DNA of 40,000 nucleotides from positions 3,613-43,612 of the forward strand of contig CAMTIM010000060.1 of the NCBI GenBank assembly GCA_947072565.1. The letters are read 5' to 3'. Shown here in pieces: positions 16,158 to 25,274 of this stretch; within the stretch, counting starts at the first letter, position 1; every line of letters begins with the position of its first letter. The translations under genes were made by a program, and so were the position numbers. This stretch comes from an uncultured Peptostreptococcaceae bacterium (GTDB taxonomy: Bacteria > Bacillota > Clostridia > Peptostreptococcales > Peptostreptococcaceae). The notes beneath the pieces are model-generated. The model was not told the origin of the DNA. It saw nothing but the letters and a program-made list of their open reading frames with translations, and ran no database searches.

Positions 16158-16478
16158 ATGAAAATAGGGCAAGAAATTGAATTTAAAAAAGATTTTAAAA
16201 TAGAAACAATAATAACAGGGACAAAGTTGCAAGTAAAAGAAGGAGATAGAGCATTAGTAACTAAAAGTGGATTTAAAATACTTACGGGTGAAGCAAGCGG
16301 TAAGATTAATGCTTTCAATGGTGGAGATAAAACAGAAGGATATGATTATACTAATATAGCAAAGTTAATATTTAAAAGACTTAATGGTGTATTTGATATA
16401 GAAGATTATTTAGATGATGAAGAATCTTTAGAGGAATTTGTAGAAGAGATAGAAGATGTATTAGTAGATATACTTTAG
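16158..16478 (+). CDS. Hypothetical protein with acidic C-terminus (106 aa)
   Basis: ATG 16158 after GGTGGTGGGG RBS; tail DIEDYLDDEESLEEFVEEIEDVLVDIL. Confidence 0.65.
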   Translation: MKIGQEIEFKKDFKIETIITGTKLQVKEGDRALVTKSGFKILTGEASGKINAFNGGDKTEGYDYTNIAKLIFKRLNGVFDIEDYLDDEESLEEFVEEIEDVLVDIL

Positions 16479-16519
16479 GTTTTAAAAATTGTATTTTAAT
16501 TTATAAATGAGGTGGGAAA

Positions 16520-16885
16520 ATGAAGGAAACGAAACATGATTACCAAGGGTGCTTAGTAGGAAATTTTTATGATAACAAATGTACTGGAACTTATAGTTCG
16601 TGGGAAGCGTTTAAAAACACACATTTAGGATTTTATTATGAAGGAGATTCGCATAAGGTATTATGTTTTGACGATAGATATCACTTTGTATTTAGATATG
16701 ATATTCATAAACAAAAAGATGGTAATTATGAATTAGAACTATGTATGATGTTACAAAGAAAAGGAATCTATACACATTTATATATAGAAAATATAAATCA
16801 AGAACAATTAGATACAGAAGTAAAAGGATGGCTTGAAGATAGATACAAGTACATGAAAAGTCTTTGGGAAGAAGTTAGCAGTTAA
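16520..16885 (+). CDS. Hypothetical protein (121 aa)
   Basis: GAGGTGGG RBS. Confidence 0.65.
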   Translation: MKETKHDYQGCLVGNFYDNKCTGTYSSWEAFKNTHLGFYYEGDSHKVLCFDDRYHFVFRYDIHKQKDGNYELELCMMLQRKGIYTHLYIENINQEQLDTEVKGWLEDRYKYMKSLWEEVSS

Positions 16886-16908
16886 AAAAATATTTAGGAG
16901 GTAGAACT

Positions 16909-17340
16909 ATGAGAGATATTAAATTTAGATTATGGTGTTCTAATAATAAGGAATGGGAACGTGGAGAATGGCTTATAAGACAAGATGGTTCACTAATTGA
17001 AATGAAGTTAGGTAGAGCCGTTCCTATTAGCAACAAAAATCATTTGATAAGCCAATATACAGGATTAAAAGATAAGAACGAAATTGAAATATATGAAGGC
17101 GATATTGTTAAAACAACTGGAATGATTGAATCTGTTGGTAAAGTTATTTTTAAAGATTGTGAATTTTGTATAGAAGTAAAACCGTGGTATTCAAAAAGAC
17201 CTAATTATCAAAGATTAAAAAATAAAGAAAATTACAATGATGGTAAAAGTAGTTTTGAATTTGATAAGACTTTTGAAGTTTTAGGTAATGTATATGATAG
17301 TCCAAATTTATTAGATGAATTAATAGAATTAGAAAAATAA
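16909..17340 (+). CDS. YopX-family phage protein
   Basis: MRDIKFRLW.., QYTGLKDKNEIEIYEGDIV, LGNVYDSPNLL are typical YopX motifs. Confidence 0.8.
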   Translation: MRDIKFRLWCSNNKEWERGEWLIRQDGSLIEMKLGRAVPISNKNHLISQYTGLKDKNEIEIYEGDIVKTTGMIESVGKVIFKDCEFCIEVKPWYSKRPNYQRLKNKENYNDGKSSFEFDKTFEVLGNVYDSPNLLDELIELEK

Positions 17341-17367
17341 TTTTATAGATATTAGGTGGTGGATAGC

Positions 17368-17574
17368 ATGAAATTAATAGCTTACATACTAATAGTATTA
17401 GCGTTAGTAGATATAGTACCATCAACAAAACATATTGTATCAATAATAAAATCTAAAAATCCAAACAAAAATGAGATATTAAGAGGTAGATCAGGACTAG
17501 TTATTAAGACAACAATATCATATTTGGGAAATTATTTATTAATAATATACTGTTTGATAAATTTATACAAATAG
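17368..17574 (+). CDS. Small membrane protein (68 aa)
   Basis: ATG 17368 after AGGTGGTGG; two hydrophobic segments. Confidence 0.55.
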   Translation: MKLIAYILIVLALVDIVPSTKHIVSIIKSKNPNKNEILRGRSGLVIKTTISYLGNYLLIIYCLINLYK

Positions 17575-17586
17575 GCGGTGAAGATT

Positions 17587-17787
17587 ATGAGCGATAGAGA
17601 AAAATTAGAAAATCTAAAATCAATGTTAGATGGGTTAATAAGTACTTGCGAAAGTGAAATAACAATAACTAATACGATTTTAGCAAAAACTAAAAGTACT
17701 GCAAAAATTAGCAAGTTGCAAAAAGAAGTAGCATTTTGGAAAGGTAAATTAGAAGTAGCAAAGTATGCAAAGATTTTCACAGAATAA
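17587..17787 (+). CDS. Hypothetical coiled-coil protein (66 aa)
   Basis: ATG 17587 after GGCGGTGAAG. Confidence 0.5.
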   Translation: MSDREKLENLKSMLDGLISTCESEITITNTILAKTKSTAKISKLQKEVAFWKGKLEVAKYAKIFTE

Positions 17788-17809
17788 AAAACATATTTTA
17801 GGAGCAAAA

Positions 17810-18553
17810 ATGAAAAAGAGTAACTTTGAGTTATTTCAAGACTTTAGCAAGGCATATGAGAATCTATTGGATTGTCTTGCTAAAGAATTAGGCATATATA
17901 AATTGCTTGATTGGATAGAAGGTGTAATTGATAAACTTATAAAAAGTATGTTTAGTTTGGAGGACAATATGGATAAAAAATATTTTGAAATGATATATAA
18001 TAGCAAAATTGATAAGCATATTGAGTATTTAAAGGATTGTTGGTTAAATAAAAAAACTATAACAATTAAAGATGCAAAATATTTTGTAAAAGAATTTACT
18101 CATAGAGAGGGCATAGATTTTTGGGTTGATATATGTCTTGTTTTTAAAGAATTTGATTTGAATGCTAAAAATGAAGATATTGAAATCAATGAAGTTAAAT
18201 TTAAGGCAGGAGATAAAGTTAAACTTAACCAACCTATGCATCATAGTATGGAGAAACAAGTCCCATATAAAAAATATTATGATGTAGTAGTTACAGATAC
18301 CATGTATTATGGAGGGAATGAACTTCAAATATTAGGAATAGATGGAGTTAAAGAATTAGTTTCATCTGAGTATTTTGATTTATATAATAAGAAAGTTGAA
18401 TTAGATAAAGTAGATAATTGTTTAACTAAGAAATATGTAGTTGTGTGTCCAACGTGTGGAAACTCAGATTTAAAAACTGAATATGGATGCTTTATATGTA
18501 AATGCGGAAATTATTTCTATGTTAGTAATTGCAATATAGAAAGCATAGATTAA
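17810..18553 (+). CDS. Hypothetical protein with C-terminal Zn-ribbon (247 aa)
   Basis: ATG 17810 after AGGAGC; CPTCG..CFICKCG. Confidence 0.65.
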   Translation: MKKSNFELFQDFSKAYENLLDCLAKELGIYKLLDWIEGVIDKLIKSMFSLEDNMDKKYFEMIYNSKIDKHIEYLKDCWLNKKTITIKDAKYFVKEFTHREGIDFWVDICLVFKEFDLNAKNEDIEINEVKFKAGDKVKLNQPMHHSMEKQVPYKKYYDVVVTDTMYYGGNELQILGIDGVKELVSSEYFDLYNKKVELDKVDNCLTKKYVVVCPTCGNSDLKTEYGCFICKCGNYFYVSNCNIESID

Positions 18554-18596
18554 AAGTTACCTTTCAACAGATAGGAGTAAATAAGAGGTGGATCAT

Positions 18597-18845
18597 ATGG
18601 ATATAGACGAAACACTAATGAAAATAAATGAAGAAATTAGAGAAAAAGTATTTGGAGAATTTGCAAATAGAAAAGTAAATGATGATTTAAACAAGAGTAG
18701 ATTTAAATCAATGGTTGAAGAAAAATTAAAAGCATTGTATGAAGAAACTGGAGTTAAGTACGATTTATACTATGAAGATAATACTTTAATAGCCAAACCG
18801 TATATTGAAAAGATAACTTATACTGTAACTTTAAATAGGAGTTGA
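18597..18845 (+). CDS. Hypothetical protein (82 aa)
   Basis: ATG 18597 8 nt after AAGAGG. Confidence 0.55.
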   Translation: MDIDETLMKINEEIREKVFGEFANRKVNDDLNKSRFKSMVEEKLKALYEETGVKYDLYYEDNTLIAKPYIEKITYTVTLNRS

Positions 18846-18849
18846 TAAC

Positions 18850-19104
18850 ATGTTTAATACTATGATGAAACAAATAAAAGAAATTGCAATAAATGAAGCA
18901 ATTGATATATGTAATAAATCACAATTCATGGACAAGACTATGTTTTATAACAGAATAAAGGATATGACAGTTCAAGAAATATCTCAAATATCGATGGACA
19001 TAGTGCTTACATATAATATAAAAGAAATGAATAAAGCATTAAAGGTTCAAACAGGCAAGGGGAAAGTATCAAGCGGGGAAAATATATTAAAAATGATTAT
19101 GTAG
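18850..19104 (+). CDS. Hypothetical protein (84 aa)
   Basis: TAGGAG RBS. Confidence 0.55.
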   Translation: MFNTMMKQIKEIAINEAIDICNKSQFMDKTMFYNRIKDMTVQEISQISMDIVLTYNIKEMNKALKVQTGKGKVSSGENILKMIM

Positions 19105-19147
19105 AATATCTCAAAAGGTACATTTGATGAGGAGGCGATTTTAATAT

Positions 19148-19474
19148 ATGAATAAAGTAAATGTTTTGGGAACTGAATATAAAGTATTAATTAAAAATGA
19201 AAATGAGGATGAAAAATTAAAAAACTATGATGGTTACTGCGATTCATCAATTAATATGATAATTGTAGCTGAATTAAAAGAGGATTTAGATACAGTGGCT
19301 GATTTAGAAGTGTATAAGGCTGAAGTTATAAGACATGAGTTAATACATGCATTCTTAGATCAGAGTGGATTAAAATGTTGTAGTGATTGGGCTCGAAATG
19401 AAGAAATGGTGGATTTTTTTGCTATTCAAATGCCGAAGATGGTGAAAGCAATGAATGAATTAAATATAATTTGA
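19148..19474 (+). CDS. Small HExxH putative metallopeptidase (108 aa)
   Basis: VIRHELIHAFLD zinc-binding motif. Confidence 0.6.
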   Translation: MNKVNVLGTEYKVLIKNENEDEKLKNYDGYCDSSINMIIVAELKEDLDTVADLEVYKAEVIRHELIHAFLDQSGLKCCSDWARNEEMVDFFAIQMPKMVKAMNELNII

Positions 19475-19527
19475 TAAAAGGCAAACAAATAAAACGATAA
19501 TTTGAAATAAATATAAGTGGGGGTAAT

Positions 19528-19923
19528 ATGACTAAAAAAGAACTAAAAAAAAGATTATTTGCTTATAAGAGCAATAAAGCTAAACTCAAGTCTAATCAAC
19601 TTAAACTTGAGGGTTTGACATATAAAATAACACCTTCTTATTCAGGAATGCCTACAGGAAGTGATATTAATAACAAAAATGAAAATTACATAATTAAGAA
19701 AGAAGAACTAGAACATAATATAAAAAAATTAGAATTTGAAATAAGAGACATAGATATAGCTTTGGATTCACTTGCTGCCAAAGATTTAGAACATATAACT
19801 CTTAGGTATTTAGAAGATTATAAGCCAGTAGAAGTTTCTAATTTAATGCATATATCCGAAAGTAGTTTTTGGCGGGATGATAATAGAATACTTAAAAGCA
19901 TGATAGATATAATGAAAATATAG
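19528..19923 (+). CDS. ArpU/RinA-like (sigma region-4-like) late gene transcriptional regulator
   Basis: C-terminal HTH ITLRYLEDYKPVEVSNLMHISESSFWRDDNRILKSM; last gene before the packaging region. Confidence 0.6.
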   Translation: MTKKELKKRLFAYKSNKAKLKSNQLKLEGLTYKITPSYSGMPTGSDINNKNENYIIKKEELEHNIKKLEFEIRDIDIALDSLAAKDLEHITLRYLEDYKPVEVSNLMHISESSFWRDDNRILKSMIDIMKI

Positions 19924-19925
19924 CT

Positions 19926-19970
19926 TTGACAGTAAATTGACACCGTTTTGACAGTAAACTGACAGTAAAA
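19926..19970 (+). repeat. Four TGACA motifs phased at exactly 11 bp
   Basis: TGACA starts at 19927, 19938, 19949, 19960 (TTGACAGTAAA / TTGACACCGTT / TTGACAGTAAA / CTGACAGTAAA), immediately after the regulator stop codon. Confidence 0.7.
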
Positions 19971-20043
19971 GTCTTAAAAAAGGTGTTATTATAATATTAT
20001 AGGAAAATAACAACTACATATAAATAAGAGAAATGATAACCAG

Positions 20044-20077
20044 AAAAAGCTATGAGCCTCGACCTCATAGCTTTTTT
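20044..20077 (+). terminator. Strong intrinsic terminator
   Basis: AAAAAGCTATGAG / CTCATAGCTTTTT perfect stem, 7-nt loop, T-run. Confidence 0.75.
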
Positions 20078-20097
20078 ATTTGCAAGGGGAAAATTAA

Positions 20098-20259
20098 ATG
20101 AAGGTTTATAAAGATTTCGATGACGTTATAAAACCGACAGAAGTGCCGAAAAAACTTTGGAAATATGAAAATTTAATGAAAGAGAAGCCAAAGTTTAACA
20201 AAAAAGAATATAGGAGAAGATTAGCCTTAAAAAGGAGGAATGATTTTGAAGTAAAATGA
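20098..20259 (+). CDS. Small basic protein (53 aa), coupled to recombinase
   Basis: AAGGGGA RBS; stop overlaps next start (ATGA). Confidence 0.45.
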   Translation: MKVYKDFDDVIKPTEVPKKLWKYENLMKEKPKFNKKEYRRRLALKRRNDFEVK

Positions 20260-20795
20260 GAGTCCAACCAATCAAAGCTAAAAAAGATATTGAAAAGATA
20301 AAAAGATATTTAAGAGCACATCCAGATAAAAGATTATATCTATTATTTGTTTTAGGAATAAATACAGGACTTAGGATTTCAGATATAGTGCCTTTGCAAG
20401 TAAAGCAAGTATATAAACAAAAATATATACAGCCAAAAGAAAAGAAAACTAAAAAGTATCATCAGATCATAATAAATGATTCTTTAAAAGAAGCAATAGA
20501 TGAATACTGTGAATCCAAAAAGCGAAATGATTATTTATTCCCAAGTCAAAAAGGTGGCCATATAGGAGAAGATCGTGCCTATGTTCTTTTGAAAAAAGTT
20601 TTTAAAAAGTGCAGGATTAGAGGTAATACAGGCACACATACACTTAGAAAAACGAATGCTTATCATATATCTGAAAAATATGGTATAGAGGTAGCACAAA
20701 AACAATTAAACCATGAATCTTCAAGAGATACACTTAGGTATATAGGTCTAGAACAAGAAGAATTAGACATTGCAGTAAAAGGAGTAAACTTATAG
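20256..20795 (+). CDS. Short tyrosine recombinase (179 aa, catalytic domain only)
   Basis: Catalytic signature TGLRISD (Arg), HTLRKT (His-x-x-Arg), NHES, LRY (Tyr). Confidence 0.85.
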   Translation: MRVQPIKAKKDIEKIKRYLRAHPDKRLYLLFVLGINTGLRISDIVPLQVKQVYKQKYIQPKEKKTKKYHQIIINDSLKEAIDEYCESKKRNDYLFPSQKGGHIGEDRAYVLLKKVFKKCRIRGNTGTHTLRKTNAYHISEKYGIEVAQKQLNHESSRDTLRYIGLEQEELDIAVKGVNL

Positions 20796-21020
20796 TTTTT
20801 TTTACTAGCTAATATAGTTTTTTCCGCTCTTAAAAAGTATTGTTAATTAGAGTATAAAAATAATTCAAATGAAGCTTAGACGTTTCAATGTGTAGACTAG
20901 TATAAAAAAAACAGAGGAATATATAGAAATCCGATATTTTTTTAGACACTTGTCTGTATTGCAATTACTTGTGTAAAGAAGCTTAATCCTTTGTTAGTAA
21001 AAAAAAGCATAAATTTTAAG

Positions 21021-21072
21021 TTTTATAGAAACTTTATAGAAGCTTTATAAAGACTAAGATTTTTATAAGAAA
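21021..21072. repeat. Phased TTTATA(G/A)A(A/G) repeats (3 tandem 11-bp units + a fourth)
   Basis: TTTATA starts at 21022, 21033, 21044, 21062 within a 485-bp ORF-free tract. Confidence 0.55.
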
Positions 21073-21187
21073 TCAACTGGATTTAAATAATTAGATGCTT
21101 TAAATGTAGATGTATCAAGCTTTAGATTATATTTGCGTTCATTAAAAATGTTAATTAAAAATAAATCGTATTCATAACCTTACAGTA

Positions 21188-21262
21188 TTGACACCGAAAA
21201 ATAAATGTAGTATTATCAATGTATAGATAAGTGTCAAAACTAATATCCAAAAGTGTTGGATA
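21188..21262 (+). promoter_or_regulatory. Promoter and inverted repeats upstream of serine recombinase 1 (candidate res/operator)
   Basis: TTGACA-17-TATTAT (21188-21216); TTGACAC (21188) / GTGTCAA (21231) inverted repeat; TATCCAA-5-TTGGATA (21244-21262). Confidence 0.55.
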
Positions 21263-21280
21263 AAAAAAGGGGATGCAATT

Positions 21281-21856
21281 ATGATTTATGGATATGCAAG
21301 GGTAAGTTCTAAAACTCAATTAGAAGGAAATGGATTAGAAGTTCAGAAAAAAGAAATTAAAGATAAATATGATAGTGTTGAAATAATAGAAGAACAATAT
21401 ACTGGAACTAAAAGCGATAGACCTAAGTTTCAACAATTATTAACTTCTCTAAAAGACGGTGATACATTAGTAGTTACAAAACTAGATAGATTAGCAAGAA
21501 ATACTGTAGAAGGCATTTCAATAGTTGAGAATCTATTTGAAAAGAATGTATCAGTACATGTTTTAAATGTTGGTTTATTAGAAAATACTAATATGGGTAA
21601 ATTTTTTCTAACAACTTTGTTAGCTGTTGCAGAAATGGAGCGTAATACAATAATAGAACGTACCCAAGCTGGTAAAGAAATAGCTAAACAAAAGCCTGAC
21701 TTTAAAGAAGGAAGGCCAAAAAAATTTGGTAAACAACAAATAGATCATGCATTAGAGTTATTATCAACAAATTCATATAAACAAGTTGAGAAACTCACAG
21801 GAATATCAAAATCAACTTTATTAAGAGAAAATAAGAAGAAACAAGCCAGCTCATAA
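21281..21856 (+). CDS. Small serine recombinase (resolvase/invertase family) 1
   Basis: YARVSSKTQ catalytic Ser motif, LDRLARN, C-terminal [12 protein letters not shown]. Confidence 0.9.
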   Translation: MIYGYARVSSKTQLEGNGLEVQKKEIKDKYDSVEIIEEQYTGTKSDRPKFQQLLTSLKDGDTLVVTKLDRLARNTVEGISIVENLFEKNVSVHVLNVGLLENTNMGKFFLTTLLAVAEMERNTIIERTQAGKEIAKQKPDFKEGRPKKFGKQQIDHALELLSTNSYKQVEKLTGISKSTLLRENKKKQASS

Positions 21857-21870
21857 GAGTTGGTTTTTTT
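21846..21870 (+). terminator. Intrinsic terminator of recombinase 1 cassette
   Basis: CCAGCTC/GAGTTGG stem (one G.U) with stop codon in loop, 7-T run. Confidence 0.6.
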
Positions 21871-21883
21871 ATGGAGAAAGTAG

Positions 21884-22612
21884 GTGAATGTATTGGCAAA
21901 GCCTCGGAATCCAAATAGAGATAGATCATTTGAAATATATAAAGAAAATGATGGGAAAATAAAACCTTCTAAAATAGCTGCTTTATTGAATGAAAAGGCA
22001 ACAAATATTCGGTCATGGAAAAGTTGTGACGAATGGGATAAAGCTATAGGTAAAAATAAAAAAATTGGAGCACCTAAAAAAAATAATAATGCATCTGGAC
22101 ATGGAGCACCTAAGGAAAATTTTAATGCTGTAAAACATGGTGGATATATTTCAGATGATAGATTCTTTGATGGATTGCCTAAAACCATGAAAAAATCTAT
22201 GGAGAATCGACATAATGAAAAATACATTGATAAGCTATGGAGAAGTATACTGATCCAAGAGGAAAGAATAATTTCAATGCAAAAAATATCTTATGTAAAA
22301 AACAAGAAAGATATGACTAAAGAACTTAAAAAGAAATCAGAAGGAAATGTTAATTCTGAAGAATTTGAAATTCAGTTTGCATGGGATAAAGAGAATAATA
22401 GTATGACAGCTTTGTCTAGGGCAATGGATACATTAGCTAAATTAATAGAAAAGTATGATAAAATAGCTAACGCTAATTGGGATTTAGTAACAGAAGAGCA
22501 AAAACTAAGAATAGAAAAGATTAAAGGTGAAGTTAGTAACTTGAACAAAGAAAATAAAGATAAGGATATAACTATAAAAGTTATGAAGGCGAGTGAACAG
22601 CTTGGAAAGTAA
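21884..22612 (+). CDS. terS: Terminase small subunit
   Basis: GTG start; N-terminal HTH-like region, [27 protein letters not shown] motif typical of this terS family; directly precedes and overlaps terL. Confidence 0.7.
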   Translation: MNVLAKPRNPNRDRSFEIYKENDGKIKPSKIAALLNEKATNIRSWKSCDEWDKAIGKNKKIGAPKKNNNASGHGAPKENFNAVKHGGYISDDRFFDGLPKTMKKSMENRHNEKYIDKLWRSILIQEERIISMQKISYVKNKKDMTKELKKKSEGNVNSEEFEIQFAWDKENNSMTALSRAMDTLAKLIEKYDKIANANWDLVTEEQKLRIEKIKGEVSNLNKENKDKDITIKVMKASEQLGK

Positions 22613-23879
22613 CTTTGTAGCTAATGACCATTTTTATGACTTCATCTTTGATTGGGATTATAAGTTTTATTTCTTAGTTGGAGGATATGGAAGCAGTAAG
22701 AGTTACCATGTAGCTTCTAAGCTTATCTTAAAACTATTAGAAGAAAAAAGGATAGCTTTGGTTGTAAGGGAAGTTTACGATACGATTAGAGATAGTTGTT
22801 TTTCACTACTTGAAGAGGTAGCTATTGCTTTAGGAATACGTGACAGGATGAAGTTTAAAACTTCGCCAATGCAGATACTTTTCCCAAATGGAAGTAAGAT
22901 AATATTTAAAGGGCTTGATTCTCCTAAAAAATTAAAATCTATAAATGGAGTATCGATTGTTTGGATTGAAGAATGCTCAGAATGTAAGTATGAGGCTTAT
23001 AAAGAATTAATAGGGCGTTTGAGACATATGAAAAGAACTAATCACATATTGTGCTCAACTAACCCAGTAAGCGAAGCTAATTGGACATATAAACATTTCT
23101 TCAAAGATGATGAAAATAAGAAGATTATACTTGATGATATTACTTTATATGAAAATAGAATAGTGAAGCTTAATAATACTTACTACCATCATAGTGTATG
23201 TGATGATAACCACTTTTTACCTAAAAGCTATATAGATGAATTAGAAGCAATGAAAGAATATGACATTGACTTATATAGAGTTGCAAGAAAAGGTAGGTTT
23301 GGGGTAAATGGTACTAAGGTACTACCTCAATTTAAAGAAATGCCACACGATTTCGTTATGAACTTTGTTAATAAATCACCTATGAGATGGCTTAAAACTG
23401 GTATGGACTTTGGTTTTATAACTTCTTACAATGCAATAATTAGAGTTGCCATTGACAACGAAAAGAAGGACTTATACATATACGATGTTTATTACAGTAA
23501 AGGCCTAACAGATAACTTAATAGCTGATGAAATAACAAGGTTCAAAGAAGATTTAATCACGGCGGATTGTGCAGAGCAAAAGGCTATTGAGTATTATAAC
23601 CAAGTAGGTTATAGAATGACACCGTGTAAGAAATTTAAAGGTTCAAGGCTTGCAAATACTAAAAAGATAAAAAGATTTAAGAATATATATTGTTCTGATA
23701 GATGTAAGCCAGCAGTACAAGAATTAAAGAACTTAACATACAAAGTAAATAAGCGTGGAGAAATTATAGAAGATGAATTTAATATAGATCCACATACTTT
23801 TTCTGCGATATGGTATGCACTTGATGATTATAATGTAACTGACTTAAAAGTGTTTGATAGAAATGAATATGGCATATAG
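22593..23879 (+). CDS. terL: Terminase large subunit (PBSX/XtmB-like)
   Basis: Walker A GGYGSSKS, Walker B VWIEE, C-terminal nuclease-type region. Confidence 0.9.
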   Translation: MNSLESNFVANDHFYDFIFDWDYKFYFLVGGYGSSKSYHVASKLILKLLEEKRIALVVREVYDTIRDSCFSLLEEVAIALGIRDRMKFKTSPMQILFPNGSKIIFKGLDSPKKLKSINGVSIVWIEECSECKYEAYKELIGRLRHMKRTNHILCSTNPVSEANWTYKHFFKDDENKKIILDDITLYENRIVKLNNTYYHHSVCDDNHFLPKSYIDELEAMKEYDIDLYRVARKGRFGVNGTKVLPQFKEMPHDFVMNFVNKSPMRWLKTGMDFGFITSYNAIIRVAIDNEKKDLYIYDVYYSKGLTDNLIADEITRFKEDLITADCAEQKAIEYYNQVGYRMTPCKKFKGSRLANTKKIKRFKNIYCSDRCKPAVQELKNLTYKVNKRGEIIEDEFNIDPHTFSAIWYALDDYNVTDLKVFDRNEYGI

Positions 23880-23889
23880 GAGGTCATAA

Positions 23890-25272
23890 ATGCGAAAGAT
23901 TAAACTTAATGCCAGTACAGAGATAACCGTAGATGTTATTAAGTACATACTAGAACAACATAAAAGTGAAACTACTAGAATTAAACTTCTACAAAGATAT
24001 TACAATAATGAAAACGAAATAATGAATCGTGAGTATAAATCAGCTAATAAACCACAAAACAAACTATCTAATGGATATGCTTCATATATAACTAATACGG
24101 CTACAGGATATTTCATGGGTAAGCCTATATCATACAAGAATATAGACAAGTATGAAGGAATAGACTTAGCTTTTACATACAATGATGAAGCTGACGTAAA
24201 TACAACTTTAGCTAAAAATGCTTCTATATGTGGATATGGAATAGAAATGATGTATTCAGATGAACAAGCAAATGTACGATTCACAAGTATAGATCCTTCT
24301 GAATGTGCTATTGTTTACGATAATTCATTACAAGAAAATATAATATTAGCAGTTAGATATTATGAAGAGCAAGTTGTAGGAGAAGATAAGACTGTTACTC
24401 ATGTTGAAGTATATGACAAAGAAAAAGTTAGCTTCTATGTAAAAGACGGAGACGATGTAGTAGTTGAATCTGTTACTGTTGTAGGTGAAAATGGCACAAC
24501 TTCTAGTATGACAGAAAAAGAACACTTCTTTTTAGATGTTCCAGTATCTGTTTATGCTAACAATGATGAACTTTACGGCGACTTTGAGAAGGTTAAGACA
24601 TTAATTGACGCTTACGATAAATCTCAATCTGATAGTGCTAATGATTTTGAAATGTTTACTCATGCAATGCTTGTTATAAGTGGATACTTAGTAGATAGCG
24701 AAGATGAAAAAGCAATAAATGATAAATATACTATTAATTTTATGGATAAGGAAGGTGATGCAAAGTATCTAGTTAAGAATATACAAGATGCAGCACTTGA
24801 AAACTATAAAAACAGAATAGATAATGACATTCATAAGTTTTCTTTTACCCCTAACTTAAGCGACGAAAGCTTCGCCAATTCAAGTAGTGGAATTTCATTA
24901 GCTTATAAGTTGATGGGGCTTGAAAATGTTACAGGAGTTAAGGAAGCTAAGTTCAAAAAAGGTTTAATGAGAAGGATAGAGCTAATGTGTAACTTCTTAA
25001 AAATATTAACTAATGATGAAATGACTTATACTGAAATCGAGCCAGTATTTATTAGAAATAAACCTAATAATGATGTAGAAGAAGCAGACATGATGCAAAA
25101 ATATGATGGCATATTATCAGATGAAACTAGGTTGTCAATTTGCAGTAAAGTTGACAATGTACAGAAGGAATTGGAAAGAAAGAAAGCAGAACAAGAAGAT
25201 ATGTTTAGCGAAGAATATTCAGGCTTAGACAATAAAGATACTACTAAAAATGAAGAAGTGAAAGAGGTATAA
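23890..25272 (+). CDS. Portal protein (SPP1 gp6-like)
   Basis: Size, position after terL, SPP1-type portal N-terminal pattern (LQRYYNNENEI..). Confidence 0.85.
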   Translation: MRKIKLNASTEITVDVIKYILEQHKSETTRIKLLQRYYNNENEIMNREYKSANKPQNKLSNGYASYITNTATGYFMGKPISYKNIDKYEGIDLAFTYNDEADVNTTLAKNASICGYGIEMMYSDEQANVRFTSIDPSECAIVYDNSLQENIILAVRYYEEQVVGEDKTVTHVEVYDKEKVSFYVKDGDDVVVESVTVVGENGTTSSMTEKEHFFLDVPVSVYANNDELYGDFEKVKTLIDAYDKSQSDSANDFEMFTHAMLVISGYLVDSEDEKAINDKYTINFMDKEGDAKYLVKNIQDAALENYKNRIDNDIHKFSFTPNLSDESFANSSSGISLAYKLMGLENVTGVKEAKFKKGLMRRIELMCNFLKILTNDEMTYTEIEPVFIRNKPNNDVEEADMMQKYDGILSDETRLSICSKVDNVQKELERKKAEQEDMFSEEYSGLDNKDTTKNEEVKEV

Positions 25273-25274
25273 TA

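Noticed and set aside
20869-21125. Four GAAGCTT(A/T)A / AAGCTT occurrences in the non-coding tract
   Set aside because: Spacing is irregular (roughly 108, 60 and 78 bp) and the core is only 6-7 bp. Only the phased TTTATAGAA units were kept as a finding.
21745-22227. Tracked 160-aa minus-strand ORF spanning the recombinase 1 / terS junction
   Set aside because: It is antisense to two well-supported genes and crosses their terminator. It has no RBS and shadow-ORF composition.
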